Source: an uncultured virus (IMG/VR IMGVR_UViG_3300028805_000004)
Lineage: Duplodnaviria; Heunggongvirae; Uroviricota; Caudoviricetes
IMG/VR virus record: IMGVR_UViG_3300028805_000004
DNA length: 64,000 nt
Reading direction: 5' to 3' (one strand)
The position numbers were made by a program, and so were the translations under genes. The notes below the pieces were generated by a model. That model had not been told where the DNA came from. It made no database searches and saw only the letters and a program-made list of their open reading frames with translations. Shown piece by piece: positions 18,492 to 27,199 of the stretch. Every line of letters begins with the position of its first letter. Position 1 is the stretch's first letter.

Positions 18492-19003
18492 TTGGTCCTC
18501 CTCTTGCAATCAAGAACGATTGCCTTGTCGTTGTAGTCAGTGTTGATAGAGGCGATCTGAAGACTGCAGAACAGGTCGTCGATGCTCTTATATTCTTTTT
18601 TGATACGAGAGTAGTCTACTCCAGACATCCCAACCCGGATAAACTCCTTTGCATTCACGTCCATATCTCCGTACCAGAGATCGAGATACACATATGCATC
18701 CGGGTCGAGCTTTTTGAAGAAAGCATCGAGCTCACTTTCGGTTTCAACAACCGTTGGTTCTGCTTTGAGATAAATATCACAAAACGTCTCGAACCCCTGA
18801 CCCTTTGCAACTGTTCTATAGTCGCAGTGATCGACCTCTTTGTCCATGTTTACATCAATCCACGGCTTGTCGTCGGCATGGCCCCGAAGCATATCAGCGG
18901 GATATGCTCTCAGGAATAAGTGATCATATCCGCTCTCGGTGGCTTTATAAAGCTGAACTCTTACTTCCGAACCCAAGTCTCTTATTACATCCTTTACTTT
19001 CAT
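18488..19003 (-). CDS. Hypothetical protein
   Basis: Start ATG 19003 after AAGGAGG. Confidence 0.7.
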   Translation of the reverse strand: MKVKDVIRDLGSEVRVQLYKATESGYDHLFLRAYPADMLRGHADDKPWIDVNMDKEVDHCDYRTVAKGQGFETFCDIYLKAEPTVVETESELDAFFKKLDPDAYVYLDLWYGDMDVNAKEFIRVGMSGVDYSRIKKEYKSIDDLFCSLQIASINTDYNDKAIVLDCKRRTK

Positions 19004-19013
19004 TTTGTCCTCC

Positions 19014-19184
19014 TTAAAATATATCATCCTCAAACCACAGAAATCCCCAGCCTACGAGAAGAAAAAAAGCGAGCAACACTCGGTCACTCGCCTTCTCACC
19101 ACTGGGGTTAAACAACAGAACCAACAAACCAAGAGTTATGCCGATCGCAAAATATGACACGACCAACGCTGCTACGATCTCAAA
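19014..19184 (-). CDS. Small two-TM membrane protein
   Basis: Two hydrophobic helices; start uncertain. Confidence 0.55.
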   Translation of the reverse strand, partial: FEIVAALVVSYFAIGITLGLLVLLFNPSGEKASDRVLLAFFLLVGWGFLWFEDDIF

Positions 19185-19608
19185 CATTGCTACCACCACA
19201 AAATGCATTAAGAAATTCTCTTGTGGTGCAGATCACCTTATACGGTTTCCGGGCTGCATGACGATCACCGTTTTTGAAAATATCAGACACCTTGTTCTTG
19301 AGGTCAACTTCAACAAAGGTGTCTCCGGCCTTACCGTTAACTGCGTCTGCGCCCAGTCTGGTCCAGTTTCCGAGCGGCTTCATAAAAATACCGCGTTTCT
19401 GGAGGGCCTCTGAAACTCTGGAGAAGTCGCCAACCTTATCGATAGTCACAGCGATGACATCAACCTGATCCCTCTCAATAAGCCCCTGCTGCCGATCCTG
19501 GTAATCCAGGAATGAGTAAATATCAGCCACAGTGATTGGATCCATAGCCTGCTTTCCAGCTCTGAAGCAGTAGTTGCTCCAGGATTTTTTAAGTGAATTC
19601 CAGTCCAT
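19180..19608 (-). CDS. Hypothetical protein
   Basis: 142-aa ORF with RBS. Confidence 0.7.
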   Translation of the reverse strand: MDWNSLKKSWSNYCFRAGKQAMDPITVADIYSFLDYQDRQQGLIERDQVDVIAVTIDKVGDFSRVSEALQKRGIFMKPLGNWTRLGADAVNGKAGDTFVEVDLKNKVSDIFKNGDRHAARKPYKVICTTREFLNAFCGGSNV

Positions 19609-19610
19609 AT

Positions 19611-20264
19611 TTATTCTCCTTCCGAAATAGTGAGAAGCTCCTTGAGAGCCAGAACTTCAGTGTCGAGTACCGAGCATGCCAGGGTTGTAGGTGTCCAGGA
19701 ATTGTGCGGAACAACCTTACCCAGCTTCATGTCAGTTGACAGCTGAGTGATCTTGGAAATATCAGTGTTGATGCCATCCACAAGCGCTTCATGCCTGTCA
19801 ACAAGGGCCTGGTACTGGAAATCCTTTAAAAAGTTGTCAGCCGCCAACTTGTTGTTCTCCTGTCTAAGAGCCAGTCTTTCACGCTCTTTGACGTGATGCC
19901 GGGCCCTGTAACCCATAGCGGTCATGAAGGTACAGCCATAGGATGCCATCTGGAGCCAGAAAATATCCTTTCGCTCCTTGTCCATAAGCTGGTATTTGCG
20001 AACTGCATCCTTGAGACTGGATGTGTCAAAGATAACGCATGCCTCGAAGGTCCCCCATGCCAGATCAGAGATGACATCGCTCGGGGTCGGCATAGGTTCG
20101 GCAGACTTAACCCCAACAACGTTTCCGTCCGGATCAACGTCAAGGATCTTGGCTTCCTTCTTCGGATCAAGTCTTTCACTCTTTGCCAGGACCACGAGTT
20201 TAAGAATACCACCAGTCAGTGCAAATACTTCGGGTAATAATGATAATACGCCTCTAAGTAACAT
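19611..20264 (-). CDS. Hypothetical protein
   Basis: 217-aa ORF with AAGGAGG. Confidence 0.7.
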   Translation of the reverse strand: MLLRGVLSLLPEVFALTGGILKLVVLAKSERLDPKKEAKILDVDPDGNVVGVKSAEPMPTPSDVISDLAWGTFEACVIFDTSSLKDAVRKYQLMDKERKDIFWLQMASYGCTFMTAMGYRARHHVKERERLALRQENNKLAADNFLKDFQYQALVDRHEALVDGINTDISKITQLSTDMKLGKVVPHNSWTPTTLACSVLDTEVLALKELLTISEGE

Positions 20265-20330
20265 TTTTGTTTTCCTCCTTAAATTGAAAAATATAAAAGA
20301 GGAACCCCATTTGAGATTCCTCCATTGTTT

Positions 20331-20417
20331 TTAGCCGTTATCCTTGTTCTGCTTGATGAGTTTTAATAAACCCATCGTAACAAGCATAACACCGGCTACA
20401 ATCATGAATTCTGCCAT
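20331..20417 (-). CDS. 28-aa hydrophobic micropeptide MAEFMIVAGVMLVTMGLLKLIKQNKDNG (not in ORF track)
   Basis: Translated by hand; AAGGAGG RBS, promoter motif at 20451-20476, hairpin at 20288-20323. Confidence 0.7.
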   Translation of the reverse strand: MAEFMIVAGVMLVTMGLLKLIKQNKDNG

Positions 20418-20479
20418 TTCCGTTCCTCCTTTATATGAAATAAATTTGTTTCATTAAAAGGAAAGAAAAAAATGCTTGG

Positions 20480-21280
20480 TCATTTGGTTCCGTACTTTGC
20501 CATGAGCTCAGGGATTCTGAGATCAGTCTTTGCTGTAGACCAGTCAAGAATATACTTTATGCCGTTAAGTATAACCCAGTTGTATTTATAGAATCTGGCA
20601 AGTTCTTCTGATGTAACTTCTGTAGAGCCGAGCATCGCTTTTCTGAGCCGACGAAGACGATTTATCTCAACCTTCTTCATGTAAGGCGTGAGACATTTCC
20701 CAGCCATAAGTGGCTCAACCATCTCACAGTAGCGCTTAATGTCTTCAATCTCAGTATCTGTGAGAATTGGGAATTTCGGGTTTAAAATATCACGCATTCT
20801 CTGTTTCTTCAGAACTACCATGGTAAACTGGTTGTAAAAGACAGTTTCCAAAGTAGGAACGGCTGTGAGGATCATTTCCTTCAGCAACCTTAAAAGGGGA
20901 TCTGCAATAGGCCCAAATATAATGACATCACAGTTGGACTCCAGATCTAATAAAGTTTCCCATAACGGAGCCAACATTGATGCTTCATCTGCCGGATTGT
21001 TTTCTGAATCAATAAATCCCATAGCTAATGTAGCAAATGCCAAATCACGCCTAGTGGCAGAAGCAGCAGTCCGCAGACCGTCAAGATGCTCCTTAAGAGA
21101 ACTGCAGGTAATATGGTTGTGTTTTATTCTAACCGAGCTGTCATTGAGTTTCGCGCTCGCATACACAATATCTTTAAAGAAGTTATCAACGAGCATTCTT
21201 TCAGTTGATTCGTTGCATTCGTCTGCAATAATTGAAATTTCGACTCTATAGAGTCGGTCTGTGAATAATTCTTGATGCAT
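20480..21280 (-). CDS. Hypothetical protein
   Basis: 266 aa, AAGGAGG RBS, directly downstream of repeat copy 3. Confidence 0.75.
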   Translation of the reverse strand: MHQELFTDRLYRVEISIIADECNESTERMLVDNFFKDIVYASAKLNDSSVRIKHNHITCSSLKEHLDGLRTAASATRRDLAFATLAMGFIDSENNPADEASMLAPLWETLLDLESNCDVIIFGPIADPLLRLLKEMILTAVPTLETVFYNQFTMVVLKKQRMRDILNPKFPILTDTEIEDIKRYCEMVEPLMAGKCLTPYMKKVEINRLRRLRKAMLGSTEVTSEELARFYKYNWVILNGIKYILDWSTAKTDLRIPELMAKYGTK

Positions 21281-21304
21281 CTCTTAATCCTCCTTAAAAT
21301 TATG

Positions 21305-21413
21305 AAAAAATGCCAAAAATACCAAAAAACCACTCGTTTTCTACTTTCTCCCTGAAAAAACATATACTTTTTCAGAAACTTTATGAAAAGTAAGTGGTTT
21401 TTTGGCATTTTTT
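21305..21413. repeat. ~109-bp palindromic dispersed repeat, copy 3
   Basis: Core identical to copies 2, 4 and 5. Confidence 0.95.
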
Positions 21414-21414
21414 A

Positions 21415-22251
21415 TTATTCAAACCTATCGAAATCCTTACCTAAATATCTGGGTTCAATGCTCGGTGATACGATAATCAGGTCTCCGCCATACTTCTTCC
21501 TGATGTATTCCGGAGCCTCTTCAGGATACGAGAACCTCGGTTCAGGAAGATTGTCGTGCAGATACCCCATCTGATCATACGCCGGAATATCATCTCGCAG
21601 GCCCAGATACTCGAGAAGTGTATTGTGGCACACAGCATCTCTTGCAGGAACAAAGGACTTGCTTCCGTGAGGATAGACGTCATAATATAACTCGCGATAC
21701 TGGTCTTCGATCCACTTCTTTGAGGCCTTGAAAACCTGCTTAGTCTCCTTCTCCATGAAGAGATCGTTGCCATATCCGGTCTCGATGATCTGAGGAATAT
21801 CAGTCTCTTCTCGAGACTGGAAGTGTCTGGATACAGACTCATCCGCCGCCTTGTCCTGAATCTTTGCATACGTCTCAGGACCTACAACCTTACGGGTTGC
21901 TTCCTGGAAAGAATCCTTGTTGTCAGCAAGAACCGCTGCAGTTGCAGCCATTGAGGACAGGCTTGCCAGCGTGATCTTACGTGCTCTCCAGTGACAGAAT
22001 TCCCCGGCTGCAAAGAGCAGAAGAATCGGACCACCGTCAAATATCAGGTCTCCAACAACCTGGCGATGATCGATGTCGATACCATTTTCCTTGGCTGACT
22101 TTACATCTGCCATTGTATCCAGCAGCTTCGGACCATTTATAACGGCTACTGCCAGGCCCGCTGCGTGGAAACATGTTCCGGCGATCATAAGGATCGGTTC
22201 CTTGTTTTTAGATACGACATTTGCGAGTTTACTGAGTAACTTAAGCTTCAT
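21415..22251 (-). CDS. Membrane-associated protein, paralogue family A (DUF6353-like)
   Basis: Start ATG 22251 after AAGGAGG; similar to 11742-12611 and 12608-13546. Confidence 0.72.
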   Translation of the reverse strand: MKLKLLSKLANVVSKNKEPILMIAGTCFHAAGLAVAVINGPKLLDTMADVKSAKENGIDIDHRQVVGDLIFDGGPILLLFAAGEFCHWRARKITLASLSSMAATAAVLADNKDSFQEATRKVVGPETYAKIQDKAADESVSRHFQSREETDIPQIIETGYGNDLFMEKETKQVFKASKKWIEDQYRELYYDVYPHGSKSFVPARDAVCHNTLLEYLGLRDDIPAYDQMGYLHDNLPEPRFSYPEEAPEYIRKKYGGDLIIVSPSIEPRYLGKDFDRFE

Positions 22252-22313
22252 TGTTTGCCTCCTTTGAAAAAATATAAGAGGAACCTTTTTCAAGATTCCT
22301 CTCAATTGACTTG

Positions 22314-22496
22314 TTACTTGCTAAGCAGGAGCTTTAACAGCTCATTTGTTTTCCGCTGCTCATCGAGGAGCAAGTCAATAGACTTCTGCAGATCGTTAGA
22401 TGCCATGACATTGTCGTCATGCATATGCTTGACTTCTGTCAGGACCTTCTCAATCCGTGTGTCTACCTTTTTCTCGATATCAGCTGTTCCAAACAT
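22314..22496 (-). CDS. Small coiled-coil protein (cassette gene)
   Basis: Own promoter motif, RBS and hairpin. Confidence 0.75.
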   Translation of the reverse strand: MFGTADIEKKVDTRIEKVLTEVKHMHDDNVMASNDLQKSIDLLLDEQRKTNELLKLLLSK

Positions 22497-22591
22497 AATA
22501 ATACCTCCTTAAAAAGTTTTATAGTCATTAAAAGACAAGAAAAAAATCCGAAAAATAAAAGACAGTTTTACGACATGTCTAGGTCGAACCA

Positions 22592-22744
22592 TTACTTCAA
22601 CTCTCTCGTGAAGTCAAAGTAAGGGATTTTCAAAGTTACGTCAGCCAGCCAGGTCGCTATGCATACGATAATAACCGTTCCGGTCATATACCATGCTACA
22701 AAGCGAACCGCAGGGTTGAACAGAAATTTTTTGATAATTCCCAT
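22592..22744 (-). CDS. 50-aa membrane peptide MGIIKKFLFNPAVRFVAWYMTGTVIIVCIATWLADVTLKIPYFDFTRELK (not in ORF track)
   Basis: Translated by hand; AAGGAGG RBS, promoter motif at 22778, hairpin at 22551-22586. Confidence 0.75.
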   Translation of the reverse strand: MGIIKKFLFNPAVRFVAWYMTGTVIIVCIATWLADVTLKIPYFDFTRELK

Positions 22745-22794
22745 ACTTTTAATCCTCCTTAAAAATTAAAGTGTTTTTCATTAAGAAGGTAGAA

Positions 22795-22913
22795 AAATAT
22801 AAGAAAAGAACTATCGGGCTTTTAACCCGAGTCTCCGATTCTATTCGAATCAGCGTGCTGCGAGTTACCGCGCTTACACCATTTGTTGGTGTTAATTCAA
22901 CCTCATTCTTTTC
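22795..22913 (-). ncRNA. tRNA-like structured small RNA (cassette 2)
   Basis: Promoter motif at 22914-22939, no RBS-led ORF; closing stem AGAAAAGAA/TTCTTTTCT encloses four hairpins including T-arm-like TCGGG-TTAAAAG-CCCGA. Confidence 0.6.
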
Positions 22914-22981
22914 TCATTAACAGAATGGATTTGAACGCGAAAAATATAAGAGAGGTTCCTTGTGAGAACCCCTCAATGAAC

Positions 22982-23362
22982 TTACTTCGTCAGACCCATG
23001 TCTCTCAAAATGTCATACCGAGTTTCTCCGGTCCCATTCGACTTGGCCTCCTTGAGGCGATCGTTGTATTCCGCGTCTTCCTTGGGCGACAGCGGTCGCT
23101 TGATGTGAATGTGCTTCCCCAATTCAGGATCCCAGACTTCTCGATCTGCATTATGCCCATCAATTGCTTTGGCTGCGAGTGTGATACCCGAGCCAAGAAT
23201 CGTGAACACGCCTGCAGCAATCTCGACACCCAGGGCCGGATTGTCTTTACATAACGCATAAAGCTTCTTCCCCCTGTCGATACACCAGGCTTTCGCCTCT
23301 TTAGCCTTTTTCTTGGCCTTATCGAGGACCGTTTCCTTCTTATAAATCTCAATCTTCGCCAT
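22982..23362 (-). CDS. Membrane-anchored hypothetical protein (cassette gene)
   Basis: Central hydrophobic segment; own promoter, RBS and hairpin. Confidence 0.78.
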   Translation of the reverse strand: MAKIEIYKKETVLDKAKKKAKEAKAWCIDRGKKLYALCKDNPALGVEIAAGVFTILGSGITLAAKAIDGHNADREVWDPELGKHIHIKRPLSPKEDAEYNDRLKEAKSNGTGETRYDILRDMGLTK

Positions 23363-23456
23363 TTTATACCTCCTTTTCTAATAGGCGACTAATAAGTTTC
23401 ATTAAAAGCATCGAAAAATATAAGAGAGGTTCCTTGTGAGAACCCCTCTCGGTGAA

Positions 23457-23960
23457 TCATTTCTTCACAGGCACGTTATGTGTTTTGTGCTTATATCGCT
23501 GACGTGACGCATTGGTGCGGATGATAATGTCCTCATCCTTCTCCATTTTCGCGCTTGTGTCGAACTCATACGCCTGTTCTTCCAAGCCAAGACGATTGTC
23601 TCTCGAGTTAGACAACACTGCAAGTCCAATTCCTGCAAGAGAACCAACGACACCAACAACAGCTCCCATGAACCCCCAGAACGTCCCAGACTTGTGCTGT
23701 TCATCCTTCTGCTTTCTGTCAGCCTCTGCCTGCGTGGCTTCTGCGTCAAGATGTGCAGCCTCGATGTCAGCTCTAGCCTGGCGGTCAAGATCCGCATCAT
23801 GTGCTCTCTGCTGGCGGTCGGCCTCTGCGATCTTCTCCTGCAACAACTCTTTTTCGAGAGCCGTTAAGGCTTTCAACTTTTCAGGCGATGGATCGTTAGC
23901 GTAGTCGTTCCGTGCTACCTGCACCACGTCTTCGAGTGATACAAAATTTTCTTCGTTCAT
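23457..23960 (-). CDS. Coiled-coil membrane protein (cassette gene)
   Basis: ADRQ/ADRK repeats and a Gly-rich TM; own promoter, RBS and hairpin. Confidence 0.78.
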   Translation of the reverse strand: MNEENFVSLEDVVQVARNDYANDPSPEKLKALTALEKELLQEKIAEADRQQRAHDADLDRQARADIEAAHLDAEATQAEADRKQKDEQHKSGTFWGFMGAVVGVVGSLAGIGLAVLSNSRDNRLGLEEQAYEFDTSAKMEKDEDIIIRTNASRQRYKHKTHNVPVKK

Positions 23961-24048
23961 ATTGTACCTCCTTTGTGAAATATAATAGATTCATTAACAT
24001 CGGCGAAAAAAATAAGAGGAACCTTTTTCAAGATTCCTCATTGCTTTA

Positions 24049-24288
24049 TTACTTATCGTTCATGGCGAAGACCATCGCCCTCACCACGAAACATATCGGC
24101 CAACTGATGAATATCATCAGCCTTGTGATCAACATCGACAGATAAAATGTCTTTTTATTGACTTTCATCTCTAATGCCCAATCACAGGCATTACGATACC
24201 CACCGGTAATGCTGATATATCTCATAGTGTTGAGATAACCTGTATACCATACAGCGATCATCAGTAATACAACAAATCCTTCTAACAT
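24049..24288 (-). CDS. Two-TM membrane protein (cassette gene)
   Basis: Start moved to ATG 24288 after AGGAGG; promoter motif at 24320. Confidence 0.72.
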   Translation of the reverse strand: MLEGFVVLLMIAVWYTGYLNTMRYISITGGYRNACDWALEMKVNKKTFYLSMLITRLMIFISWPICFVVRAMVFAMNDK

Positions 24289-24337
24289 AATGATACCTCC
24301 TATTTTGTGAAATATAGTTTCATTAAGAGGATGGATT

Positions 24338-24601
24338 TCAGTGCGAGTCGCACATTCGATACTTGCATACGCATGTGAAATGATTACCCCTAACACGCGA
24401 ACTTCCAGGATTAAAACGGCCAGCAAGTACTAAATGGTCGCCAAACATGTCCTTTTTGAAATATTCCGAGACAAAGTTGATGTCTCCGGACACTTGCTTA
24501 ATGCACGGCACAGAATCATCCAGAGTGTTTTTGTAAACACAAACGTTAGCATACGTGTAGTCTTTTTGTGCCTCTTCAAGATACTGAGTCAGAGTTTTCA
24601 T
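24338..24601 (-). CDS. Hypothetical protein
   Basis: AAGGAGG RBS; 87 aa. Confidence 0.65.
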   Translation of the reverse strand: MKTLTQYLEEAQKDYTYANVCVYKNTLDDSVPCIKQVSGDINFVSEYFKKDMFGDHLVLAGRFNPGSSRVRGNHFTCVCKYRMCDSH

Positions 24602-25022
24602 TGTTGTCCTCCTTCACCATAAGCTTCAAATATAAGTAGTTGTATACTTCTCTCATGTACTCATACATCTTGTTCTTCGAGAAGTGGTTCTTCATCAGTT
24701 CCTTGTTATAGCCCATGCCCCGTGCTACAGCTTGGAAAATATAAACCATGGCATCATAACGCTCAGTGTGGTTCTTCATAACCTGGAACACAGCATCATG
24801 AAGCAGCCATTTGTTATACTCGATCTTCTCCTTATAGATCAAAATCATCTCTTCCTCAGATTTTTTCTCTGAGGTAAGTGTTGGAACCAGAGACAACGCA
24901 AGCCTCTGTGGAATATAAGTGCTGGGTTCTTTAAGCCACGCTTCCCAATCAGGATAGCATCTGCACCAAGCCCTGATATACTTAAGGCTTTCTTTGTCTG
25001 GTTTCAGTCTTTCTTTCTTCAT
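24576..25022 (-). CDS. Hypothetical protein, possibly an ArpU/RinA-like regulator
   Basis: Helical, with a possible C-terminal HTH-like segment; function weakly supported. Confidence 0.55.
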   Translation of the reverse strand: MKKERLKPDKESLKYIRAWCRCYPDWEAWLKEPSTYIPQRLALSLVPTLTSEKKSEEEMILIYKEKIEYNKWLLHDAVFQVMKNHTERYDAMVYIFQAVARGMGYNKELMKNHFSKNKMYEYMREVYNYLYLKLMVKEDNNENSDSVS

Positions 25023-25086
25023 TTTTGTCCTCCTTTGCAAAAAAAAAAGAACCCAGGAATTTCACCTGGGCTCAAAATGAAGATCA

Positions 25087-25314
25087 TTACTTCTTGATAT
25101 CATCCATAAGATGTGACATCATACGGAGAGTCACGTCCATCTTCTCACCGACCGCAGCTGCGTATTTCTCCACCAGGAACTTTCCTAAGCGTTCCCCAGC
25201 CGGAGATTCCTGCAGCTCTTTATCGGACTTGAAGTAGTTCAAAACTTCCTCAAATGCCTCACATCTGATTTCAAGCTCAATGTCCTTCATTTTCAACTCG
25301 ATATTGTTTCTCAT
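25087..25314 (-). CDS. Hypothetical protein (cassette gene)
   Basis: Start ATG 25314 after AAGGAGG; promoter motif at 25347. Confidence 0.72.
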   Translation of the reverse strand: MRNNIELKMKDIELEIRCEAFEEVLNYFKSDKELQESPAGERLGKFLVEKYAAAVGEKMDVTLRMMSHLMDDIKK

Positions 25315-25390
25315 TTTAATCCTCCTTTTGTGATGAGATAACAGTTTCATTAAGACCATAAAAGTTTATGCGAAAAAAGAAAAGCCCAGA

Positions 25391-25624
25391 TTAAATCTGA
25401 GCCTTCTTGTCAAATAGTACCTTATAAACTACGTACGGCCATAGAATCCCTATGACAATACTTGCGAGCGCATTTAAGGTCGATGGTGTTGCATTAATCC
25501 TTTCTGACCACTCTTCCGTTCTTTCCGGAGAGGGGTCAGGTGTAAAATACACCATCAAACCAATCAGTACACCCGCAACGATGTAGATCATAGCGAGTAT
25601 GTCCATAACAACAAAAACATTCAT
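25391..25624 (-). CDS. Two-TM membrane protein (cassette gene)
   Basis: Promoter motif at 25647; stop lies in the terminator loop. Confidence 0.75.
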   Translation of the reverse strand: MNVFVVMDILAMIYIVAGVLIGLMVYFTPDPSPERTEEWSERINATPSTLNALASIVIGILWPYVVYKVLFDKKAQI

Positions 25625-25690
25625 AATGATACCTCCTTTTTGTTTTTCATTAAATCCCCAAAAATTTATGCGAAAAAGAAAAAGCCCAGA

Positions 25691-25846
25691 TTATTTCTGA
25701 GCTTTCTTCTTTTCTACATTCTTTTCTTTATTTGTCTCTTTGTTCTTTTGCCAATCTTCCAAATTAGTCCGTACGATGTCAATGGCGGTCCCCATTACGA
25801 GTGCCTTTGCAAAACGTCCTTTTTGTGTTAATCTGCAATTATACAT
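25691..25846 (-). CDS. 51-aa basic peptide MYNCRLTQKGRFAKALVMGTAIDIVRTNLEDWQKNKETNKEKNVEKKKAQK (not in ORF track)
   Basis: Translated by hand; AAGGAGG RBS, promoter motif at 25880, stop in the hairpin loop. Confidence 0.7.
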   Translation of the reverse strand: MYNCRLTQKGRFAKALVMGTAIDIVRTNLEDWQKNKETNKEKNVEKKKAQK

Positions 25847-25955
25847 AATACAATCCTCCTTTTAATAAGAATATAGTTTTCATTATCATCCTTGTTTTCC
25901 ACGCGAATGGCAAAAATAAAAAGACAGTTTTACGACATGTCTAGGTCAAACGTAG

Positions 25956-26222
25956 TCACAGGATTTCGAGAGGTTTCCCCTCGTTCCTGAAACTCATTTT
26001 TGATTTCAGAATCCCGTATCTCACGGGGTCCGTCACAAGGGTGTACCTTGTTCCCTGACGCGTCGGAGCATTATCGAACCCGATCCTGTATTTCATTTGA
26101 TCTACTTTTTCAGTGATCTTAATGCCCAGGTCGGACATAATCTCCTCAGCTTCAGACTGTCTACCCTCAGCAACGAACACCCGTTTAACGGGATTGACCG
26201 TGTTAATAAGTTTCTTTAACAT
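25956..26222 (-). CDS. Hypothetical protein (cassette gene)
   Basis: Promoter motif at 26263, RBS, hairpin at 25912-25947. Confidence 0.75.
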   Translation of the reverse strand: MLKKLINTVNPVKRVFVAEGRQSEAEEIMSDLGIKITEKVDQMKYRIGFDNAPTRQGTRYTLVTDPVRYGILKSKMSFRNEGKPLEIL

Positions 26223-26340
26223 TTGTAAATCCTCCTTTATGAATATAAACTGTGTTTACGTTTCATTAACAAAGGAGAAGTTTCTGCGCAAAAAAAAAGA
26301 AAAGCCCAGAATTAACTGAGCTTATCTTTAAGTTCCCCAA

Positions 26341-26694
26341 TTATCTATCAGGGAACTCACCTTTTACTTCCTTGAATCCTGCTTCCAGATACACCTGCTC
26401 TAATATGGTGTTTCGGGTCAAGATTACGTCAGCTGCATACCAGTCACCGTACCAGCCAAGTCTGTTAGTCCATACCGGCGGGCAAGTATAGCACCCTGTG
26501 AGTTCCTTGTATCTATAGCCCAACCTAACCTGGATATATTTTCTATCCCTAGATGTGTTAGGCTTATGATACCCTGACTCCCTGAAGGGGCCATCCTCGC
26601 TTACAGAATAGACCTTCCTCGCAATATACTGGCGAGAGGTAGGTTTTTTGTAAAACTCGTCCCTAGTCATTGTGCTTCTTCCATAGTTAGTCAT
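26341..26694 (-). CDS. Hypothetical protein (cassette gene)
   Basis: Promoter motif at 26738, RBS, hairpin at 26289-26321. Confidence 0.75.
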   Translation of the reverse strand: MTNYGRSTMTRDEFYKKPTSRQYIARKVYSVSEDGPFRESGYHKPNTSRDRKYIQVRLGYRYKELTGCYTCPPVWTNRLGWYGDWYAADVILTRNTILEQVYLEAGFKEVKGEFPDR

Positions 26695-26786
26695 GATAAT
26701 ACCTCCTAATAAAAATAGTTAATGTGATTCTAAGTTATCATTAAGAACGTAGAAAAAAAAGCGCAAAAAAGAAAAGCCCTGATTTC

Positions 26787-27059
26787 TCAGAGCTCTACTT
26801 CCTCTTCTGGTGGATCACACACGGTAATCGCGCCATCAGGGGCCAACAAGAAGTATTTCCCAGTAGTCTCTAACTCGTAGAGACCATCCGGGTCCGGTTC
26901 AGCATGCATGCGCCCGATACCAAGTCCGCTTCTAGTTCTTCTAACGAACTTAGCTTCACACACGCATCCGAACACGACCTTTCCAGTCTCGTCGTGTCGA
27001 ACTACTATAATGTTATCCTCGTCGGCCGCGTGATAGCGGCACCATTCACTAACTGTCAT
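26787..27059 (-). CDS. Hypothetical protein (cassette gene)
   Basis: Promoter motif at 27084, RBS, hairpin at 26765-26794. Confidence 0.75.
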   Translation of the reverse strand: MTVSEWCRYHAADEDNIIVVRHDETGKVVFGCVCEAKFVRRTRSGLGIGRMHAEPDPDGLYELETTGKYFLLAPDGAITVCDPPEEEVEL

Positions 27060-27110
27060 AGTGATACCTCCTTATAAAGTTTTTCATTATCATCCAAGAA
27101 GAAATAGCGA

Positions 27111-27199
27111 AAAAATAAAACCAAGGATTGCCCTGCGGACTCGAACCGCAATCTCTTTAAAGTGTTTTCCCAATTAAACTAGTGTTAACAATCTTAGTT
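27111..27199 (-). ncRNA. tRNA-like small RNA lacking a normal anticodon arm (cassette 1)
   Basis: D-arm TAGTTT-AATTGGGA-AAAC, stub CTTTAAAG, T-arm TGCGG-TTCGAGT-CCGCA, closing stem plus U-tract; promoter motif at 27200-27225. Confidence 0.7.

Noticed and set aside
27111..27199. Functional tRNA gene
   Set aside because: No proper anticodon stem-loop, the acceptor stem is out of register and there is no CCA; reported as a tRNA-like ncRNA instead
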